DNA of 64,000 nt from Octopus sinensis (taxonomy: Eukaryota), in the NCBI RefSeq assembly GCF_006345805.1, contig NC_043004.1, positions 27,776,001-27,840,000 of the forward strand, read 5' to 3'. Positions 38,661 to 52,396 of the stretch are shown here, in pieces. The translations under genes were made by a program, and so were the position numbers. How positions within the stretch are numbered: the first letter of the stretch is position 1; every line of letters starts with the position of its first letter. The notes beneath the pieces were generated by a model, which saw only the letters and a list, made by a program, of their open reading frames with translations, was not told where the DNA came from and did not search any database.

Positions 38661-39452
38661 TATATACTAGTCATATCCTGCGGTCGAGTCAGTCCGCTGT
38701 GTCTCTTCCCACGATGTGTAGTTATGTGTCAATCTAAATGATTATAGCATGCCGGATTTAGTCACTAACGAGCAGTTAAAAATAGCAACGCGCTACAATA
38801 AACTCTTTACCATTTAATCTTGTTAATCTTAGTTCTGAGTTCAATTCTTGTTGAGGTCAATAGCATAAGTAGCATTAAGATACCGAGTTGATTCAATCGA
38901 TTATATGTCTTCCCAACAAAACCTGGCCTTATGTCTAGTTCAAAGAAATCAATATTATGGAACTCATCAGAAATCTCTTCAAATTCCTGTGTGAAACGTT
39001 TGGAAAACTCGATTAAATAGATTTTTCAAAGACTCTACAACGAAACTGTCACGACATCATTGAAATAATGGTGTATAGGTGGTGTTTCATCTCACAATGT
39101 TCTCGTTTCTATCGTTCCACTATTATCGTAAATTAACATGAGTCTGGAATACTTGCTCTGGGGAAATATATTCATAATCTTTACTGATATCTTTCAATAG
39201 AAAACGTATGGCTATAGTATATTTAATAGAAAGAAAATAGATGGTCAGAATAGTTTAGTTAATAATAAAAGTGCAGAATATTGTTTATTCCGTTAATATT
39301 CTGTTAAAACTTTCGTTTAAACCAATAGAAAACAGAATTATACTGTGGCCATCCCTTGCGATTATATTTTAGTTGTGGGTGTGATGATCACCGATGTAAT
39401 GTGAAATACAAGAAATGTATATTTTATATATATATATATATATTATATATAT

Positions 39453-39500
<48 letters not shown>

Positions 39501-39661
39501 ATATATTTCTGAAAGGTCGGTGTGTTCGAATATCTTTGATCTTTTCAAAGTTCTATAATGCTGAAAATACTGGTGATTATCTAAAGAAAATTAATTTGGT
39601 GGGTATCTTTTTTAAAACTACATCAGACAGCGTGAGACGGCTGTGGTTACTGTGTGTGTGT

Positions 39662-39708
<47 letters not shown>

Positions 39709-39711
39709 TGT

Positions 39712-39753
<42 letters not shown>

Positions 39754-39817
39754 AGTTATAATAAAGACAAGTTTACATTAATCTGAGAAGTTAACTCTAT
39801 ACTTTTTATTCTTAAAC

Positions 39818-39901
39818 AAGAATATTGTCGACAGTGATTTCAGATTTTCAGCCCGTTAAGCTAGCTCGGCCAGTTACGAAGTCACTATCAACAATATTCT
39901 T
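39818..39901. repeat. 84-bp hairpin / micro-MITE
   Basis: 24-bp arms aagaatattgtcgacagtgatttc and gaagtcactatcaacaatattctt, 3 non-Watson-Crick positions. Confidence 0.7.
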
Positions 39902-39923
39902 ATTTTATATATATATATATATA

Positions 39924-39961
<38 letters not shown>

Positions 39962-40449
39962 ATGTCAAGTCGCTCACGTGTGCTATTGGTAACCTTGTAC
40001 AACCTGTTACATAGTCGGGTCGTCGGTGACTAAACTGGCAACCCCACCAAGCTTGGTTGGTCAGGAGGGTGATTCGCACACCTTGCAGGATGAAAGACAA
40101 AATCTGTCAGAGAGTGAAGGGATAGTAAGAGTCAGTGGCCGTCCAATAGTGTGTATATAGAGGTATTAACCTCGATGACGAAAAATTCCTGACCTAGGAT
40201 CACGGCGAAGTTATGGGCAGCAGCAGAGTAAATGTAACGTTGGGTGTCTTAATCGTCATTCTATGTATGATCTTCATTTGGCTAAACTACACGAAACAGC
40301 CGGGGCGGAAGAGCCTCTTCAGCTAATGGTCATTCTAGGCTCAAGCAATTCAGTTAACTGATTACAGTCAGTTGATGAACTGGCGATTCAACTTGAAAAG
40401 ACTACAGAATTCTGGAACCTCATAGTATCACCAATTGACATTGGATGAC

Positions 40450-40523
<74 letters not shown>

Positions 40524-41219
40524 AAGAGAGTTATTTTATTCCACATGGGTAGCGATATAAAAAGGGAGATGAAAATGCACTTGGAATCCTTTAGATTGTT
40601 TATTTTTAAGCCTCTAAAAATAAACCAAAAGGCTCCCAGTGCGTTTTTAATTTCTGTTATACATACATACATACATACATACATACATACATACATACAT
40701 ACATACGTACGTACATACATACATACGTACATACATACATGCATGCATGCATGCATACATGCATACATGCATACATACATAAATACATACGTACATACAT
40801 ACATGCATACATAATACATACATACATACATACATACATACATACATACATACATACATACATGCATGCATACACACATACATACATATAAACCTCCCAT
40901 GCGGTAGGAAAGCCTATTTTTAATTAATTCCCGTTGCATTTTCTCTCTTTTTCAATATTCAATTAAAAGAGAGAATATGATGTTGTCAACAATGTTAAAA
41001 CTTTGTGTTTTGACGCATCTTAGTGACATCGTATCTCTTATTGCAAGATCTACATGATAGAGGCAGGAAAAGTTCTGCTTCTTTGTTGAGCTTCGTCTGA
41101 AGACTCTAAGACCATTTAAATGACCAACATTACATAGATCATCCTTACTCACCTGGAACTCGTAATTGACAGTCTTCACATACTCCAACAGGCTGCAATC
41201 TTCATCAGTAGGAGAACCG

Positions 41220-42197
41220 AACTTATCTATTGTTGTCGCCAGTGATACGCGTTATTAATGACCTTAAGAGACAATAGCCACCGATTGCCCGAAAATACCA
41301 CTCTAGGCTTCGCTGGCCCACGCACCGGGGCAAGATATATGATTCTTGGCCCGAAAAACGTAGCTGTCGGTGCTATCAACGATCAGTTCATAAGCCGAGT
41401 TCCGGGTGAGGAGCGCATTTACAAATCGATTGACCGGACCCCCAAGACATTGTCAATTACCCTATCGAGCTTCTCAACTCATTGGAGCCAGCAGGGCTTC
41501 CACCTCACATTCTTAGGCTAAGGGTTGGATGCCCAATTATGCTAATCAGAAACGTGCTTCTGCCTAAACAGTGCCACGGGACCCGCTTAGTAATCAAGTC
41601 CCTGACGCCCCACTTGATTGAGGTCACCATTGTTACAGGGTGCGGGATGGGTGAAAATGTTTTCATTTCAAGGATTCAGATTTATCCCTCGAGGTCAGAC
41701 ATGCCGTTTAACTTCCGCAGATTGCAGTTCCCGGTGAGACCATGCTTCGCCATGTCCATCAACAAATCCCAAGGCCAAACATTATCGGTGGTAGGCATCC
41801 ATTTGGGGTTTTCCATTCAATCAGGATAAAAAATTGATAAACCAATTCTTTATAGGATTTCCCACTAAAATTGGCTACACCTCATTTTCAACCATAACTT
41901 TTACCAATTTTGACATATTTTGCTCATGGGATCTTTGAATGCTTTAAGTTCTCAAAAAAAAAAAAAAAAAAACTAAAAAAAAAAAAAAACAATCGATGAG
42001 TGGAAATAATCGATAAACCGATCTTTATGGGATTTCTCAATCAAGTTGCCTGCAACCCATTTTCAACCAAACGTTTACCAATTTCAACGAATTTCACTCA
42101 AATTTGATGTTGGTGTCACATATTTTGGTTTGAAATAAAGCGCTTGATCACTTAATAATCCTAACTTAGTCCTGGGCAACGTCGGGTTATACTGCTA

Positions 42198-42198
<1 letters not shown>
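41220..42198 (+). mobile_element. Helitron remnant: PIF1-like helicase fragment plus 3' terminus
   Basis: PAGLPPHILRLRVGCPIMLIRN..GTRL..RRLQFPVRPCFAMSINKSQGQTL; 3' hairpin cctgggcaacgtcggg and CTAG|T at 42198. Confidence 0.9.
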
Positions 42199-42234
<36 letters not shown>

Positions 42235-42436
42235 CAAAAGTAAAATCAAAATGAGGTTGAAAACTTGGATATTAATTTTATAACATCAATTTAACACCAG
42301 TGGTCTAGCATATAAAAAAACTGAGATTCAGTAAATAGCATTTTATACATATATATAAGAAGGAACCAGACCATAGCGGATCTTCAAGCGTAAGGGTTTT
42401 CACATAGTGGTTCCCTCTTATATATATATAATATAT

Positions 42437-42468
<32 letters not shown>

Positions 42469-42483
42469 GATATATATATATAT

Positions 42484-42594
<111 letters not shown>

Positions 42595-42649
42595 ACAAGC
42601 AGACAGACGGACAGACAGTCAGACAGACAGATAGATAGATACATACATA

Positions 42650-43880
42650 AATGGTGTGGAAGCAAAACTTGCATTAAAAGTTACACTACACCAAATGATA
42701 TGAAACCTAATGTAGGATGAAGAATATATTGTCAGCTAATAATAAACTTTTTCTTTTGCAGGAACATTGGATGATATAACTGTACAGGAGGACAAATGCC
42801 AAAGAGTATGTGATTTGGTCAGTGCTCAAACCGAAGAGGATCTCAAACGCACAGATTATAAAGTCAAGAAGAGAACGGACATGGGCAACAGCAGCATTCA
42901 GAGGAAGACTGACAGCGGTGGGGCCAACAAGAAGCGGAATCAAATTCTTCATCAACACCCTCAAGACCAAAATTTCAACAGACCCAACTACATGCCCGAG
43001 TAAGCTGGCTTCTGAACTTGAAGTGGACCTCAAAATCATCAGAATAGCTGTGAACGATGACTAGGACCTCAAGTCCTACACCAGGACACCAAAAAACCTG
43101 CTGACAGAACCTATGAAGGCCAGGAGTCTACAGAGGTGCAAAAAGGTTCTCGCATACCTCAAGAAGAACGGGTCCACTTTGAAAATTTTTCTCTAACGAG
43201 ATCTTCACAGTGGATACCGTTGTGAACCGCAGAAATGACGGGTACGTTGTGGAGTTAACAGCTGACATCAGGAACTCCTTCAGAGCAAAACATCCAGCCC
43301 AGATCATGATCTTCGGTGTTGTGGCCTCCGATAGAAGAAAGATGCCCATTTACTTCTACATGCCTGGAAAATGGTGGATGCTGGCGCCTTTTACAAGGTG
43401 CTGAGATAACCTGCCTCGCCATGGCCCAAGGACAACTACATGGAGGGCACCTATGTGTTGACCCAGGATGGTGCTTCTAGCCATACTGCCAAGAAAGTAC
43501 AGAATTTCTGAAAATCCACCTTTGATGCTTTCCGGCCTGCGGACTTCTGACCTTCTTCCAGTCCGGTTCTCAACTCTCTGGACTATGACGTGTGAGGTAT
43601 TTTGGAGCATGTCACCAACAAAATCTCCCACTCCAACGTCAACTCTCTGAAGGCTGCCATCAGTGAGGAGTGGGCCAGGATGTACAGTAACTTCGTGGTG
43701 AAGAGTCGTGCGGAGTTCCGGGGCTGTGTGGAGACCGTAATTGCAAGCAATGGAAGCCACCTGCAATAAATTATTTGTTTTATAATTACATGTGAATGTT
43801 ATTAACCTATTTTTGAATTACTGTGCAATGACAGAGTTCAAATGTTACAGCAATTTTGCAAGTTTTGCTTCCCCACCCTG
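42650..43880 (+). mobile_element. maT-type (DD37D) Tc1/mariner, full length, inactive
   Basis: 23-bp TIRs (..gtg.ggaagcaaaacttgc), TA flanks; IFTVD..NRRND, HPAQIMIFGVV, QDGASSHT..SPVLNSLDY with 37 residues counted between the aspartates; several stops. Confidence 0.9.
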
Positions 43881-45966
43881 TATACATACATACATACCTA
43901 CATACATACGCGCACGCGTATGTAAAGAATAAGCGTTTTGAGTCTGTTCTCGTATATATTAAAATGTGAGTGAAGACCAATGTTGTATCTACCTATAGAA
44001 TGGTTTAGGATTTTTGGAAGAAACCTCAGAAGAGGAATAGTCTGGAGTCTCTCTTCATCTAAATCCGATAAATAGGAAACTACTGTTTTAGAGCCAACAG
44101 TCGGCATGTGCAGAACTTTCTAGATCAGTTAGAAAAACCTCCAAAACAATACACCCACTATATACATCTTAGAGACAACAGTCGCTTGTACAGAACTTTC
44201 TAGATCAGTCAACATTGTTGCCCAGATTCGGGTATTTCTCAATGAAGTATAACTAACAAGGTTTTGCTTTGCATCTTGTTTAACTTCTGTTTGAGCAGAA
44301 CTGTGATCAAAGGTATTCTATCCGTGACCATCCCATCCTATTTAGATATACATGGGACTACATTATCTAATACAACCTTTCTAAGATACAAGTGGTGTGA
44401 TTTGAGGGATATTTAGATACTATTCTAAGAAGGTCCATCAACCACATTGAGACTCCCTTATTTGTTTAGTACAAAAATAAAAAATAAACCAATATTCCAG
44501 AGATCGAACTATGTCGTAACTGTTTCTATGCTAGACAAAAACGCTACTGCTGTCTTCACATCATTGTCCTGGTGGGCTGATCACTATTGTTATGTGTAGT
44601 TTGAGTTCTAATGGAATAGACAACCAATATGAAAGCCATCGTTATTGTTTACGTGTTTATTAACTATTCATGTTACACGGACTCGACATTCAGCGTAGTG
44701 ATACACTATATACTTTACACACAGTTTGTACTATTCACTAACAAAATAGTGCCAAGAGTGGGGATGTAATCTATGCACGTATACACATAGATATGAATGT
44801 GTAACAACTATAAACTACAAAAATAACTGGATTCAGTTATTATTGAACATGACCTACTGCACTTATAAAATCATCGGTCTTTAGAGATTTCCACTTACGA
44901 AACACTTTTAGTATTTTAAACTGCTAAATTTTAAAATATTTCTAAAATTTGGTTTCCAGTATAAGTTGTTCTTGTCAAATACAGGTATTTCGTAAACAAT
45001 TTCGATGTATATTTCAACCGCAAGAGCTTTGTTTTAATTAAATGTTTCAATATTTACATAGATTACTTACTTTCATTTATTATCAATATAATTTTGGCAA
45101 GAATCCCTATTACACAAAGGCAAACTAAGCCATAAAGACCACTCTCAGAACATTACGAAATTCTGAAAGCAATAATTCTCAAAATGAAAAACGAAGGATT
45201 ATTGTTCGCGTATGGAATTATTTAATTATCGCTCCGACCTTTTATAATCCTCACAGATCATAAAATTGTATTTGAATTAGTTGAAGACCAAGTAATTTCC
45301 GTAGATTGCTAATACGGGAATAGTTTAGCCGGAAATAAATACTATTTTAAGATTTGAAACTATGATTTACGATGGCATAAAAATAAACATATATGTAAAA
45401 AATACAAAATAAATCAATAGAAATTAGCGGAGAAGTCATTTCAAAGAAGAGGTGGTAGGTTGTTGCATTTTAAAAAGAGCTCTCATTAGCCCGAAGCATG
45501 CTAATAATAATATTGAAGCAGTGGCTCTCATGGCTTCTGAACTTAACTGATTGGAAGTGTTTGTACGTACATATTTTGTCTTATTGTAAAAGATGAGCTA
45601 CTCTGTTTAATACTACAGATGTGCTTGTCACTTACTTGATCTTAACATGCTGAGTACGTTCCTTGGTGGCTGACGATATGTGCATGAGCAGAAGTAGTGA
45701 GGGAGTATCATAGCCATGTGTTGAGAGGAATAATTTAGGGTTCGAATAAATATGGGCTACTCGACCCGTAGAAAAATCCTAGCAGGTTTCCATCAGCAAG
45801 ATCCTGCGCTGTTTATCTTGATATGAGACCACCATGTCACTCACATATGGTTGTGATGTATATGCCTGGTGTACACTTATCAGATGAGTAGTCATGATTG
45901 GTATATTGGGCTTCGTATATCTGCACCTGGTGTCACTTTGATGGCACGCGCTGCTATTTCAGTCAA

Positions 45967-46055
<89 letters not shown>

Positions 46056-46064
46056 GTTGCAAAT

Positions 46065-46272
46065 TTTGGCACAAGGGTAGCCATTTGGTGTGTGTGTAGG
46101 GGGGGTGAGTCGATTACATCGATCCCAGTGTTCAGCTGGTACTTATTTCATCGAACCCGAAAAGGTGAAAGGCAAAGTCAACCTCGGCGGAATTTGAACT
46201 CAACATGAAGACGGACGAAATGCTGCTAAGCATCTTGCCCGGCGTCCTAACGATGCTACTAGCTCGTTGCCT
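46065..46272 (-). mobile_element. SINE family B (ccttgtgccaaaa-tail subtype) between ACT/AAT/GAT arrays
   Basis: Core and head on the minus strand. Confidence 0.8.
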
Positions 46273-46279
46273 TGATACT

Positions 46280-46339
<60 letters not shown>

Positions 46340-46345
46340 GTAATG

Positions 46346-46379
<34 letters not shown>

Positions 46380-46451
46380 TGATGATGATGATGATGATGG
46401 TGATGATAATAATAATTATAATAATAATGATGATGATGATATGATGATGAT

Positions 46452-46484
<33 letters not shown>

Positions 46485-46487
46485 TTG

Positions 46488-46545
<58 letters not shown>

Positions 46546-46554
46546 TAATAATAA

Positions 46555-48403
46555 ACATTCCTATCCACATAGTTTAACGGCCATTCACAAATTTGTCACT
46601 TAAGATTTAATGAGATAAAAAATAGTTAATCTCAAAAACGCCTTTTTCTAAAAGATAAAAGTAATAATTTTAAAAATTCCTACCTACATAGTTTAATGAC
46701 CAATTTGCCAATTTGCCACTTAAGTTTTAACGAGATTAAAAACTGTTCACTATTTAATTACATTTTTGTAAGTAAATCATTTCATCCCCACAGCTTGACC
46801 ATGGAATTCACTAAAATAGCAGGTTGTGGCAGAAAGCTCCTTCTTAATGGATATACATACAATATTAATAAAAAAGTTAAGGAAACCACTTACTAGAGAT
46901 GTGAAAAACGAAAAGTGTGCAATGCTAGAATTACAACTAAAAGTGGTACCGAACATGGAAATGCTCCAAATCATTCACATCCTCCAGATGATGTTCATGT
47001 TAACGTTTTAAAATGAAGGCTAGAGCCGAACAGACAGAAGAGGTAACAAGCAATGTAAATTAATAATGTCGTGGAAGAGTTACCTCTCAGCATTGCTGGT
47101 TCTCTGTCTAAATGGGAGAATGGTGTGGCGAGTAAGAAAGACTGACGACAGTGAAAAAACTCGTGGAGAAAATTTTCGGCTTTACGAAACTACCACTGTT
47201 TCTATTTTATCGACAGAATAAAACTTGAAATTACCATCTAGTAAACAAACATGGTTTGGCGATGGCACGTTTGACTCTATTTCCCTAGGCAAACAACTGT
47301 ATACTATACATGCTATTTTTTCAGGGATCAAAACCTTGCCATTGGTATATTGCCTTGCAAGTAACAAAGAAGAGGAAACATATGACGAAATTTTTACATT
47401 TTTGAAAAGCACAGGTGTTCAGGATCCGGATTCAATAACAATCGATTTCGAACGAGCAGTCAATAAATAACATTAAGAACTTTCCTAATACATCAATATT
47501 GGATTGTTTCTTTCATTTCCGGCAATGTTTATAATGCATTATCCAGTCTTGTGGGCTGCAACACTGGTATGTTGAAGCCAGTGACGCCCTTTTCATCAAG
47601 CAGTTACAAGCACTTGTCTGTGCTCCACTCTCAGATGTTCATGAATTATTCTACGAATTGGTGAATTTCTTAGATACCGAAACTGAGGAAATATTAAGTG
47701 ATCATCTTGTTTACTTTGAAAGTGCGTGGCTAGGAATAGTCCAGAGAGAGAGCTGTCGAAGGAAACCGATGTTGATTTGTGGTCTGTCTACACTGAAGAT
47801 CATGATAATTTGCTGAGAACAAACAATTCTCTCGAAGGCTGGCATCAGGCTTTAAAAACAAGACTTTACGTAACTCATCCCACAATCACTCAACTACTAA
47901 AGGTTATTAGAACTGAGCAGGAATCCAACGAAATTCTAATTGAGCAGGCTACTATACGAATTGACATATCACGACCTAACAAAAAAATGATACCATTAAC
48001 GATAGGATAAAAACCATTTGTGGTTCTTATAATAAAGAAAGATTGACGTTTCTACGATCTTTGGCTCACAATTTTTAAATACTCTTATTTATTTTTGCCT
48101 TGTATATTTTCATATGTGAATTGTAATGATTTTAAAATAAACATCTGATCGCATTATTTTTTGTATGCTTACATTGTAAATCCAATAAAGAAACTTATAT
48201 TAAAGTAGTTTTATGCATCTATTTTTTTTCTACATTTTAGCCTGTTAAATGGTCATATTGTTGGAATAAAATAATTAACATATATCTTAATTTTCGTATG
48301 TTTTTTCGGCCTCTTGTCCGTTCGGTTTTATGTCCGTTCGGCTTCTTGGCTTCAGTTTCTCATCCTTCGGCAAAAGTGCATTCGGCATCCTGTTCGTGTA
48401 GCC
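46555..48403 (+). mobile_element. Mutator-like (MULE) transposon with FLYWCH domain, decayed
   Basis: GRKLLLNGYTY..TY*RCEKRKVCNARI..HSH (FLYWCH); WFGDGTF..QLYTIHA..PLVYCL..ITIDFERA (MULE DDE); RTNNSLEGWH; right end with ttcgg repeats ending gtgtagcc. Confidence 0.88.
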
Positions 48404-48561
48404 ATAATAAAAAGGTTTTAATGAGGTATGGCTTAAGTGAGTAATTAGTGTTTATGGAGGATCTTCTTTCACCTTGAAATGCAAAAAGAACTTCAAAGGA
48501 AAAGTAATCTGGTTTAAACTTCTGTTCAATATAGATGGATGTAGCAATATAACAATATAAC

Positions 48562-48962
48562 TAGGCGCAGGAGTGGCTGTGTGGTAAGTAGCTTGCTAAC
48601 CAACCACATGGTTCCGGGTTCAATCCCACTGCGTGGCATCTTGGGCAAGTGTCTTCTGCTATAGCCCCGGGCCGACCAATGCCTTGTGAGTGGATTTGGT
48701 AGACGCAAACTGAAAGAAGCCTGTCGTATATATATGTGTATGTGTTTGTGTGTGTGTGTGTTTGTCCCCCTAGCATTGCTTGACAACCGATGCTCGTGTG
48801 TTTACATCCCCGTCACTTAGCGGTTCGGCAAAAGAGACCGATAGAATAAGTACTGGGCTTACAAAGAATAAGTCCCGGGGTCGATTTGCTCGACTAAAGG
48901 CGGTGCTCCAGCATGGCCGCAGTCAAATGACTGAAATAAGTAAAAAGAGTAAAAAGAGTAAA
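48562..48962 (+). mobile_element. SINE family A, young complete copy
   Basis: Near-identical by eye to 38262-38660. Confidence 0.9.
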
Positions 48963-50429
48963 GAGATAACTAATGATTTCTTGTCTCTAATTACACATAA
49001 CTTAACCGCACATAAATAACACAAACTTGTTAATGCTCAGAACAAAGGCTCGCTACTCATGTTTAGATATAATCTCCTCCAGTATTGCATGTTAGAACAG
49101 GAAGAACATGCATCTTTGCTGACTTCACTTCATGCTCAAGCATTTATCTGTCGAAAGGCTTCTGTCTCTTAAAGGCTGTGGGCTATAGAGTTACTCTCAT
49201 ATCATCTGATGACATCAAGAGAAACTACTTGGGCCTAATATCTCATGATTTTAAAGGAAGATTCACATAATATATCACTCCTTCAGGGAAACTCCACTTC
49301 TCTGTTAATTTCATTTGGAAACTTCTGGATGAAAGATACAAATTCCCTAACATCACGTACAATATCACAGAGAGATCCTTTTTACTCGCTTCAAGCTCGT
49401 AATTGTTATTTCTACTCTCGTGAGAAACTGCATATACCATAACAGGCTGCAGAAAAATTAATTTTTCGTAATGTTGAACCAAACTTCAATGCACTGGTCG
49501 CTAACACCCCGCAAAAAAGATCACTGGAACTCAAGTTCGCTCATATGCAGATGCAGGGTAAACTACTACTTGTCCATAGCGCAGTAATACAATCCGGCAT
49601 ATGCTAGTGTTGCCTATCAATGCTAATACGCAGATTCAAAGACAACGATCGCAGACACACACACACACAAACTCACCAACACCACCCAGCAGGCACGTGA
49701 AGTTATTTCATGTTATGTCACGAACATGTTGATATTTAAACTGTCACAATCAAACCGGTCACTTCGCTGCGTGGAACAATCTCTTTACCTGACATCGCTA
49801 AGCTGTCACTTCCTACAGGTTGCTGACAAGCTGACGCCGCTATACATACATACATTACACACACACGCACACACGCACACACACATACATACATACATAC
49901 ATACATTATACACACACATACCACACACGCATACACACATACACACACATATATGTATACATGTATTGATATGTATGTTTGTATAAATCTGTGCCATTGT
50001 ATTTGCCTTCCTCCATTGCTTACCGACTGGTGTTGCTTTGTTTATAGCCCCGTAACCTAGCGATTCGGCAAAAGAATAAATACCTGCTTCTTTTTTTTTT
50101 AAATAAATAAATATTGAGGCCTATTCGTTTGCCTAGAACCCCTTCAAAGACGGTGCCCAGCTTAGCTTAAAAGACGAAAGATATATGTATGTAAATGAGT
50201 AAGGTGGGGACTCAGAGAATCGTACAGCTGTCACAGTAAGCTCTTCTTGCAGACTCGGCTATCAGTCCACATAGCATTCAATTACAAAAGAGTGTAATAT
50301 AGAGTGTCAATGTAACTGAAGATCCAGATGATCCGATCGGTGAAGTTATTTCTTGAGGAGTATATAAAACCATAAATGGGTTTATGTTTGTAAATAAAAT
50401 CATATATGGATGTGCGTTACATACTTTTT

Positions 50430-50813
50430 CTGGTATTGGCACCAAGCTTGAAGTTTTGCGGGGAGGAGGTTAGTGGATTAAATTGACCTACAGTGTTCGT
50501 AAAGCCAGAAAAAATGCCGCTAACTATTTTTCCGGCCAGTTCGCCGCCTTTAGTATACGAGTATATTAAAGGCGGCGAGCTGGCAGAAACGTTAGCACGC
50601 CGGGCGAAATGCTTACCGGTATTTCGTCTGTCGTTACGTTGTGAGTTCAAATTCCGCCGAGGTCGACTTTGCCTTTCATCCTTTCGGGGCCGATAAATTA
50701 AGTACCAGTTACGCACTTAATACCTATGTCTGTTCTTGTTTGTCCCCTCTGTGTTTAGCCCCTTGTGGGTAAAAAAGAAATAAGTATATTAAAGGCGGCG
50801 AGCTGGTAGAATC

Positions 50814-50815
<2 letters not shown>
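50430..50815. mobile_element. Cluster of three SINE family B heads (one minus, two plus)
   Basis: ccagttcgccgccttta (minus) at ~50518-50534; agtatattaaaggcggcgagctgg repeated at ~50561 and ~50784. Confidence 0.8.
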
Positions 50816-50844
<29 letters not shown>

Positions 50845-52396
50845 TGTATGTATGTATGTATGTATGTATGTATGTATGTATGTGTGTATGTATGTATGTA
50901 TGTATGTATGTATGTATGTATGTATGTATGTATGTATGTATGTATGTATGTATGTATGTATGTATGTGTGTATGCAGGTATGTATGTATGTATGTATGCA
51001 TGTACGTACGTACATACGTACGTACACACACACACACACACGAAAATTTACTTAAAGCTGAAACTTTACAAACCACGAATATCTCCGAATTTCACGTTTT
51101 ACCGCTCCTCACCAATGAAAGAAGTAAATCAATCTGTCTTATATTGTTATTCGAAATAAAATTACAATTATAAAAGATATTAGATATAAGCAGTAAAAAG
51201 AATGCATCATGTTGTACAAGACATTTTAAAGCTTAATCCTAAGTTGGTCATGAAATAGTCTAGGATTTTCGAAATCGATGGTCTGTTACGTGAAAATATT
51301 TTCTGTTGATCATCCAGTTTCTAAAAGGTGCGACTTGTTTTAAGATAACATTCAATCAACATAAATATTCTTTAAGAAGATCGTTAGACAGTTTATATCG
51401 GTTTTAAGCAATAATAATATCAGAGACGATAAAAATCATTTGAAAGATATTGGAGAACCCATATAAACAGGGTAATTATCGCTGTGATCTCAGCCTTTCT
51501 TTAAAAGTTAATATTTTGTAAATATCTTAAACACTCAAGCTAATGTCATTTTGCTGCCATAAATATGTTAGTTGAGATGCCTTACGTTTCAACACACCAC
51601 ATAAAAATAAAAAATACATTTTCTTAACATGCACATTCCATTTAGACTTTTTTATCGTGATAAATCGCAATTTTCCGTTGAAACTCTTCCAGTTTTTTTT
51701 TGTTTTTTTTCAGTTTGTCTGCGATCATTCTCTCTACTTCCATTCCAAGGATGGAGCAATAGTTCAGGTGAACTAGAAGTACGCAGGAGATAACTCCTGA
51801 AATGCTTCAAGGTGTGTTTCGCAATTCTAAGGACAGAAGTTAAATCTGCAGGGATACAGACGGAGAACATGCTGAAAAATTTCAATAAAGTTTTGACGCA
51901 AGGTTTATAAATTTAATTGTTTTAGCATCATCTTTTGAGTCATTTCTTCCATTGATTGAGAATTTATACCATGTGAAACTCCGAGTTTCATTTTGTGAGG
52001 TTTCAAATTAATATAAATTTTACGCGTATTGTTTTACTTCATTGCATCAAAATCGTCTTCCTCCGGCTTTTATCTTAGACAGAAGAAGCACGCCTATTAG
52101 GTTACTGAATTCTTTTCAGCCATACGCACCCATACATTAGAGATAATTTAATAGTCCCACCCCTCGATAATTTTTGACTATATTTCATGATTCCTTTCTT
52201 TGCATGTTTATTTTATTTCCATTTCATGATTATGTTGGCTATAAATTTTATACAATTTAAGGTGTTAATTAATAACGGTTTAGTTATAGACAGGTAATGT
52301 TTCGTAATGTTAAGTTGTGGAAACTATATTCCGACTAATGTTGGATGGATTTGAACTAAATATTTTTCAAAACTGATAATGGTATTATCTCTTTTA

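Noticed and set aside
39960-40420. GC-richer segment resembling a LINE 5' UTR with a possible HDV-like ribozyme (cctcg..ggcgaa)
   Set aside because: Could not build the P1/P3 pairings; needs a descriptor search.
40952-41200. Minus-strand ORF faintly like PLE RT (LLEYVKT..VSKDDL)
   Set aside because: Similarity too weak to call without a profile search.
44092-44210. Two ~40-bp direct repeats (aacagtcg..cagaactttctagatcagt)
   Set aside because: Only two units with a single spacer in eukaryotic DNA; a local duplication, not a CRISPR-like array.
50310-50360. ctgaaga..ccagat/atcgg..gaag hammerhead-like string
   Set aside because: Core altered; no stem I or cleavage triplet identifiable.
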